Assembly: GCA_017475765.1 (NCBI GenBank)
Contig: JAFVEY010000027.1
Location: 9,911 to 73,910, forward strand
Direction of reading: 5' to 3'
Length of the DNA stretch: 64,000 bases
Source: Clostridia bacterium
Lineage (GTDB): Bacteria > Bacillota > Clostridia > Oscillospirales > Acutalibacteraceae
The notes under the pieces were generated by a model, which made no database searches, had not been told where the DNA came from, and saw only the letters and a list, made by a program, of their open reading frames with translations. Of this stretch, positions 58,249 through 64,000 are shown one piece after another (the stretch's first letter is position 1; every line of letters begins with the position of its first letter). The position numbers and the translations under genes were made by a program.

Positions 58249-60513
58249 ATGGGCAGGTATATTTGGTTAATTGGCGAAAATTTAGGTCAGACGGCAAATA
58301 ATAATTCCTATTATTTCTGGAGAAATTCGGTTGAGCATGAGGATGATATCGACAAGTATCTGATACTCGAAAAGAACAAGAAGAATCAGGAGGTTTATCG
58401 GAGTCTTCCCGAAAGCTGCAAAAAATTTATTGTATGGAGAGATACCGTAAAGCATCTGAAACTGTTTGTGAAGGCTGATATGTTTTTTGTTACACTCAGC
58501 TACCGTGATATAATACCTGAAAAGGTGATGGGAAAAAAACTTGACCTTTCCATTGAAAAGCCGGTCATTTATCTGCAGCACGGAACCCTCGCCATGAAAG
58601 TCCTTGGCTATAACGGACGTTCCTATAACAATAACTTTTTCAGATTTGTCTATTATAATAAGCTGGTGGCACCTATATTTCAGGAGATCAACGACTTTAA
58701 GCCGTATCAGATGTATTATGGTGAATATCATCCGAGATATATTGAGCTGGTTAAGAGATTCAAAGAATACAAACCACAAAACAAAAGAATATTATGGTTT
58801 CTTACATGGAGAGAATATCTGGGAGATAACCTGCCTACAAAAATCCTGCTGAAAAAAATTAAGAATGTAATTACAGATCCCGACTTGATTGATTATCTTG
58901 ACAAAACCTCAACCGACCTTGTTCTGTGTGTTCATAAATTCTTTGATGAGGAAAAAATAAAGGAGCTTCGAGGAGAGAGTGTTTCAGAGCATATTATTTT
59001 TGAACACGCTGCCGATGTTGATGTTATGGACGAGCTTGTGAAATGCAGTATGCTGATTACAGATTATTCATCAGTCGGCTTTGATGTCACACTACTGAAT
59101 AAGCCTGTGATACTCTTCCAGCCAGATATCGAGAATTATCTTAAAAAAAGGCAGCTTTACTGTCAGCTTGAGGAACTTGGCGAATATAATATTACAAAAA
59201 CCCGCAGGCTTGTCGAGGCGATCGTAAATGAAGATTACGGAGTCAATCCGTTTTTCCGTTCAAGAATGCCTGAAAATATAGATTATGATTATATTCTCAA
59301 TGGCAAACATATTGAACGTATGTATCAGGACTTTGCTAAGATACAGAGACACAAGATTACATTTATAGGTTATAATTTTTATGGTATAGGCGGCACCGTG
59401 TTTGCAACAAGATCATTGGCAGAAGCCCTTTTGGAAAAAGGATATCTTGTTCAGCTTCTTTCTCTGAAAAAAAATCAGAAGCCGAAGAATATGCCTTATG
59501 CACTAAATCTCTATCCGCTTTATGATGCCAACAGGAGAAGTCCGCTTAATTTGTTCAAAAGGCATTTTTACAGGCGGAAAAAGCTGTTTTCTTATCTTAA
59601 GTATGACAAGGATATTGTCAATCTGAAACCTTATGCCGGCTATAAGCTTACAAAATGGCTGGAAACCACCAACAGCGAAACTGTTATCTCGACAAGAGAG
59701 TCTTTGCATCTGTTCCTTAATGATGCACAATCCGATATGGTAAAAAATAAGATTTATTTCTTCCATTGTCCTGTCGAAATATTTGAGAGTGTATTTCCGA
59801 ACATTTTGGATGAGCTGAACAGATGCGATATTGGTAAGGCTGTTTTTGTAACGGAAACAAACAGACAGAAATATATCGAGGATTTTGGGTTCAAGAACTA
59901 TAATAAACATATTGTACTCGGTAACTGTCTTGAATCATCACGTTCCGTTTCAAGAGAAGAGATACTTCCGGTCGGAGAAAAGGAGAATAATGAGCCGTAC
60001 AGAGGAATATACCTTCTCAGAATAAGCTCGGACAGACAGACCGATATAGAAAATCTTGTGGGTTATGGGCGTTATCTGAGAGATAACGGGATCAGCAATA
60101 TCGTTATTGACGTTTACGGTACGGGCGATTATGTTGACGAATTTATTGATAAACTGATTGATGAGGATCTTACGGATTATATATGCTATCAGGGCAGTAC
60201 AGCAAACGGACCCAGAGAAATAAGAAATCATGATGCAGTAGTCGATTTTTCTCTTAACCATTCCTTCGGAATGCCGTATATTGAGGGTGTTATGAACGGA
60301 AAGATGGTATTCTGTGAGAAAAATCAAGGCTCCAAAGAGGTTATGGCAGGAATACCGGACGCATATATTCAGTCTTACGAGGATCTGACAAGAAAGATAC
60401 TCGGACTTCCGGAAATAACGGGAGAACAGCTTCAGGAAAATTACGACACCATTTCAAAAACCTATTCAAGAGAGGCTCTTGCCGATCATTTTCTGAAATT
60501 CCTTGATCAGTAA
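58249..60513 (+). CDS. bifunctional TagF-like glycerophosphotransferase / GT4 (group 1) glycosyltransferase
   Basis: N-terminal half resembles TagB/F (YIWLIGENLGQTANNNSYYFW); C-terminal half has GT4 features (KITFIGYNFYGIGGT...). Confidence 0.65.
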   Translation: MGRYIWLIGENLGQTANNNSYYFWRNSVEHEDDIDKYLILEKNKKNQEVYRSLPESCKKFIVWRDTVKHLKLFVKADMFFVTLSYRDIIPEKVMGKKLDLSIEKPVIYLQHGTLAMKVLGYNGRSYNNNFFRFVYYNKLVAPIFQEINDFKPYQMYYGEYHPRYIELVKRFKEYKPQNKRILWFLTWREYLGDNLPTKILLKKIKNVITDPDLIDYLDKTSTDLVLCVHKFFDEEKIKELRGESVSEHIIFEHAADVDVMDELVKCSMLITDYSSVGFDVTLLNKPVILFQPDIENYLKKRQLYCQLEELGEYNITKTRRLVEAIVNEDYGVNPFFRSRMPENIDYDYILNGKHIERMYQDFAKIQRHKITFIGYNFYGIGGTVFATRSLAEALLEKGYLVQLLSLKKNQKPKNMPYALNLYPLYDANRRSPLNLFKRHFYRRKKLFSYLKYDKDIVNLKPYAGYKLTKWLETTNSETVISTRESLHLFLNDAQSDMVKNKIYFFHCPVEIFESVFPNILDELNRCDIGKAVFVTETNRQKYIEDFGFKNYNKHIVLGNCLESSRSVSREEILPVGEKENNEPYRGIYLLRISSDRQTDIENLVGYGRYLRDNGISNIVIDVYGTGDYVDEFIDKLIDEDLTDYICYQGSTANGPREIRNHDAVVDFSLNHSFGMPYIEGVMNGKMVFCEKNQGSKEVMAGIPDAYIQSYEDLTRKILGLPEITGEQLQENYDTISKTYSREALADHFLKFLDQ

Positions 60514-60741
60514 AATACAGAATACAAAGGCTCCGTTCGGATTTTTATATATTTCGGGTCGGAGCCTATAATTTACAAGAAAAAACGGATAAAAGCTCAT
60601 AATTTGTTGAATTTACCGTTATTACAAAAATTTAACCGAATTGTAGTAAAATACGGCTTGATATTATCATAATGATGGAGTAAAATAATTTAGTGTAGAT
60701 AAGAAAAATGTAAAAAAAGCAAATTTTGTGGAGAGATAGTA

Positions 60742-62162
60742 ATGGTTTTTTCTTCTTTGTATTTTTTGTATATGTTCCTGCCGCTCGTTTTTGTGGCTTA
60801 TTTTGTATGCAGGAACAATAAGCAGAGGAATGCGGTTCTGATTGTATCCTCTCTTATTTTTTATGCCTGGGAGAACCCACATGGTTTCTGCTGCTGGTTT
60901 TCAGCGCTGCTATCAACTGGCTGTTTGCTTTGGGGATCGGTAAATTCAGGGGCAGCGGAGCTTCAGCTTTTTGTGCCGCAGCAGCAATAATCATTGATCT
61001 TGCATTGCTGATCGTGTTTAAATACAGCGGCTTTATTGTTGAGAATATTAATGCTGTAAGCGGACTCGGACTTCCTGTGCCACAGATACAGATGCCGATA
61101 GGCATCAGCTTCTTTACCTTCCAGGCAATCTCCTATATTATGGACTGCCTTTGGGAAACGGTTCCTCCGCAGAAAAGTTTCTGGAAATTTCTTCTCTATC
61201 TGTCGCTTTTCCCGCAGCTGGTGGCAGGACCAATCGTGCGTTACAGCGTTATCGAAGAGGAAATCACCAACAGGCGCTCAAGACCCTCCGATGTCAGCGA
61301 GGGTGCAATGAGGGCGATTATTGGACTTTCCAAAAAGGTTATCATCGCTAACAATCTCTATGCTGTTGTTGAACAGTTTTTCGGCGGAGATATATCCAAT
61401 ATGTCTTTCCTCGGTACATGGTATACGGTGATTCTTTATTCACTTTATGTCTATTTTGATTTCAGCGGTTATTCCGATATTGCGATCGGTCTGGGCAGAA
61501 TGTTCGGTTTCCACTTCAATGAAAATTTCAACTATCCTTTTATCTGTAAAAGCATCAGCGAATTTTGGCAGAGATGGCATATCTCTCTCAGCTCATTCTT
61601 CCGTGATTACCTGTTCTATGTTCCGATTTTTGGAAAGCAGAGAAAATATCTGAACCTGTTTCTGGTTTGGTTCTGTACGGGAATGTGGCACGGCGCTTCA
61701 TGGAATTTCATACTTTGGGGTCTTTATTTCGGAATATTTATATTTATTGAAACAAAGATCGGCAAAAAGCGCATGAAAAAATGGAACAAGGTGCTGACGC
61801 ATATATACAGCAAGCTGATTATCATCATCGGCTTCGGTATTTTCTATTTTACCGATCTTTCCAAGCTCGGTCAGTTCTTTTTGAATATTTCGGGAGCAAG
61901 TATGATTCTGAGCGGCAATTCCTTCAGCGATATCCTGACCCTCAATTCATTGCTGAATAATCTTTTCCTGATTATTTTTGCGATTATCGTTTCTATGCCT
62001 GTTCTGCCGAAAATCAAATACTTCTTCTTCACATGGGGCAATAATAAGGTTTATGCGTTCGGAAAAATAGCAGGAACCATTATCTGCTGCGGACTGCTTG
62101 TGCTTTCAAGCATACTGCTTGTCGATAATACCAACAACCCGTTCCTCTATTTCAGATTCTGA
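60742..62162 (+). pseudogene. MBOAT family O-acyltransferase (DltB/AlgI-like) interrupted by a -1 frameshift near 60880
   Basis: Frame 1 gives the MBOAT N-terminus ...LIVSSLIFYAWENP up to 60879. The rest (WFLLLVFSAAINWLFALGIGKFRG... onward) is in another frame from 60882. The downstream ORF has no ATG and starts with a track-assigned TTG. Confidence 0.5.
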
Positions 62163-62176
62163 AAGGAAATAAGCGG

Positions 62177-63643
62177 ATGGAAAATAAAGAAAAAAATCAG
62201 AAAAAGCCAACGAAAAAGGGCATTGAAGGAATTAAGCGCAGCGGAATCGTGAAGGGATTTTCTATTATATCGCTTTTCATTATGGTTCCCGTATTTTTCC
62301 TGACGGCATTATTTTTAGTGATCCTGCCCCGCTCAGAGGTGTCCAATATTGAAAAAAGAAATCTGGCGGAATTTCCGGAATTCAGCTTTGATGCACTTTT
62401 TTCGGGTCAGTATACGGAGGAACTCGGTAATTATTATGATGATACCGTTCCATACAGAGATGAACTGAAAACAGTCGGATATAACTTCAAATCGCTTTTC
62501 GGAATACATACCGATGATGAGATCAAGGTGGTAGGCAAGCCGATAGAGGTTGTCAATAAAGACGGAGAAAAGAAAAATCCGGACGAAGAGTCAAAGCCTT
62601 CCGATGAAACGTCAAAGCAAAGCTCAGAGGCTGATAGCAGTCAAAGCTCACAGCCCACGCAAACAGGTACGGACGAATCCTCCGTTCAGGAAAGCAGCGA
62701 GCAGGAGCCGGAGTATACTGTTGAAAACGGAATTATCGTTGTCAAGCAGAACGGACATTACCGTGCATTGGAGCTTTTCGGCGGCGGTACGGGAAATGCG
62801 TATGTCAAGGCGCTGAATAACTTCAATAAGGACTTCGGCGGTAAGGTGAAAATATACTCAATGATCGCTCCGCTGGCAAGCGAGTATTATACCCCGGCAG
62901 GTTACGAGGGATATACTGCAAGTCAGAAGGAATGTTTTGACAGCATAGCATCAAGGCTTGATGAAGGTATTGTTTCTGTTGATATTGATACCGTTCTAGG
63001 CGAGCATAAGGATGAGGATATCTATTTCAGAACAGACCATCATTGGTCGCCTCTCGGTGCTTATTATGCTGCTCAGACCTTTGCGAAGGCAGCAGGAGTT
63101 GATTTCAAGGATCTCAGCACCTACAAGAAAAATGATATCGAAGGATTTGTGGGAACAATGTACAGCTTCACACAGGATGCCAACATCAATAACGATCCCG
63201 AAACCTTCAGCTACTATACCCCCGACAATATTGATCATTGCACAGCCTATTATTACGATACATCATTTAATTATACAGGCTCCGGCAATTTCTTCAATAA
63301 AGTCGGAGATCCCACACATAACGCCTATCTGACGTTTATGGGCGGAGATGAACAGATCGTCAAGGTAAAAACCAATATCAAAAACGGCAAAAAGCTTCTG
63401 ATCGTAAAGGACAGCTACGGCAATGCCGTTCCCGGATATCTTTTCGGAGCGTATGAAGAGATTTATGTTGTCGATATGAGATATTTTGATCTGAATCTGG
63501 TCGATTTTGTCAATCAGAATAAAGTTACCGATATGCTCTTTGCAATGGTAACCTATTCGGCAGTCGGTGAAAATGCCGATAATCTTGAAATACTCCGCAC
63601 ACAGAACAAGGGTGCAAAAATTACGGACGGTGCGCCCGATTGA
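62177..63643 (+). CDS. DHHW family protein (AlgX/AlgJ/DltD-like SGNH partner of MBOAT)
   Basis: N-terminal TM anchor, a Ser/Glu-rich linker and the diagnostic RTDHHWSPLGAYYAAQ motif. Confidence 0.75.
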   Translation: MENKEKNQKKPTKKGIEGIKRSGIVKGFSIISLFIMVPVFFLTALFLVILPRSEVSNIEKRNLAEFPEFSFDALFSGQYTEELGNYYDDTVPYRDELKTVGYNFKSLFGIHTDDEIKVVGKPIEVVNKDGEKKNPDEESKPSDETSKQSSEADSSQSSQPTQTGTDESSVQESSEQEPEYTVENGIIVVKQNGHYRALELFGGGTGNAYVKALNNFNKDFGGKVKIYSMIAPLASEYYTPAGYEGYTASQKECFDSIASRLDEGIVSVDIDTVLGEHKDEDIYFRTDHHWSPLGAYYAAQTFAKAAGVDFKDLSTYKKNDIEGFVGTMYSFTQDANINNDPETFSYYTPDNIDHCTAYYYDTSFNYTGSGNFFNKVGDPTHNAYLTFMGGDEQIVKVKTNIKNGKKLLIVKDSYGNAVPGYLFGAYEEIYVVDMRYFDLNLVDFVNQNKVTDMLFAMVTYSAVGENADNLEILRTQNKGAKITDGAPD

Positions 63644-63665
63644 TGAAAATGACAGGGGGTAACTA

Positions 63666-64000
63666 TGAAGGAACTGGAATATCCGTTTGATACGGAATAT
63701 GTCATGAAAAAGAGAAAGTCGATCAGAAGAACGCTGCTTTCTGACGGCAGCACAAGGCTTAAGAAGAAAATAGCCGTTTTCGGCGGTTCAACAACCAATG
63801 ATATTGTCGTATATCTGGAGCTTTTCCTGCTGAATAACGGTATTGAGGCAGAATTCTATCAGTCCGAATATGCGCAGTACTGGCAGGACGCCATGTTTCC
63901 GAGTGAGGAGCTTTTGTCATTTTCTCCCGATATTGTGTTCATTCATACGACAAACAGGAATATCAACAGTTTTCCGACAACAGCCGATTCTGCTGATGAG
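63666..64000 (+). CDS. 5' part of a gene continuing beyond the window (hypothetical protein)
   Basis: ATG 63666 after the RBS acaggggg, with an open frame to the window end (MKELEYPFDTEYVMKKRKSIRR...). Confidence 0.35.

Noticed and set aside
1-64000. Search for tRNA/rRNA genes, CRISPR repeats, IS elements and integrases
   Set aside because: No cloverleaf-like GC-rich 75-nt segment was seen in intergenic regions. No regularly spaced direct repeats, transposase motifs or integrase motifs were seen.

Overview
This 64-kb window looks like a chromosomal region from a low-to-moderate-GC Firmicute, probably a Clostridia-like organism. Ribosome-binding sites are AGGAGG-type, several promoters are near-perfect TTGACA-17-TATAAT sigma-A matches, and the str operon runs rpsL-rpsG-fusA-tuf. 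Almost all genes are on the + strand. Content in order: (1) housekeeping genes, namely aspS, a COG1533-type radical SAM protein, gatCAB, the str operon, tmk, ksgA/rsmA, murD, two tandem M42 peptidases and tadA. (2) Small accessory genes: a GH25 lysozyme, TspO, a gpx-ohrR pair, a CDF transporter, a CPBP protease and a flotillin. (3) A sulfur amino-acid island: cysK, then a SAM-methyltransferase-metK-luxS-PLP lyase-cysteine synthase operon, then a LysR regulator, a TauT/Ssu-type ABC transporter and an aminotransferase. (4) A lower-GC accessory island (about 45.0-53.9 kb) holding a YbjN-like gene, a 1148-aa chimeric AAA+/FtsH-type protease, a membrane protein with RCK-like and RyR-like domains, and a very AT-rich TIR-like gene. 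(5) A teichoic-acid/capsule-like glycopolymer locus: GT2, an ABC-2 permease, TagF-like, Stealth, TagF-GT4, a frameshifted MBOAT and a DHHW protein. The most interesting signals are as follows. An unannotated 51-codon ORF with a CLCCCCC run sits in front of the Met-to-Cys operon and is followed by an intrinsic terminator. The AAA-REC-AAA-M41 fusion protease and its RyR-domain membrane partner. Two TIR/DUF4062-like genes, one of them a STAND NTPase with TPR repeats. Several orphan promoter-terminator units that may be small RNAs. No rRNA, tRNA, CRISPR array or transposase was seen. All domain calls rest on motif recognition by eye; no database searches were run.
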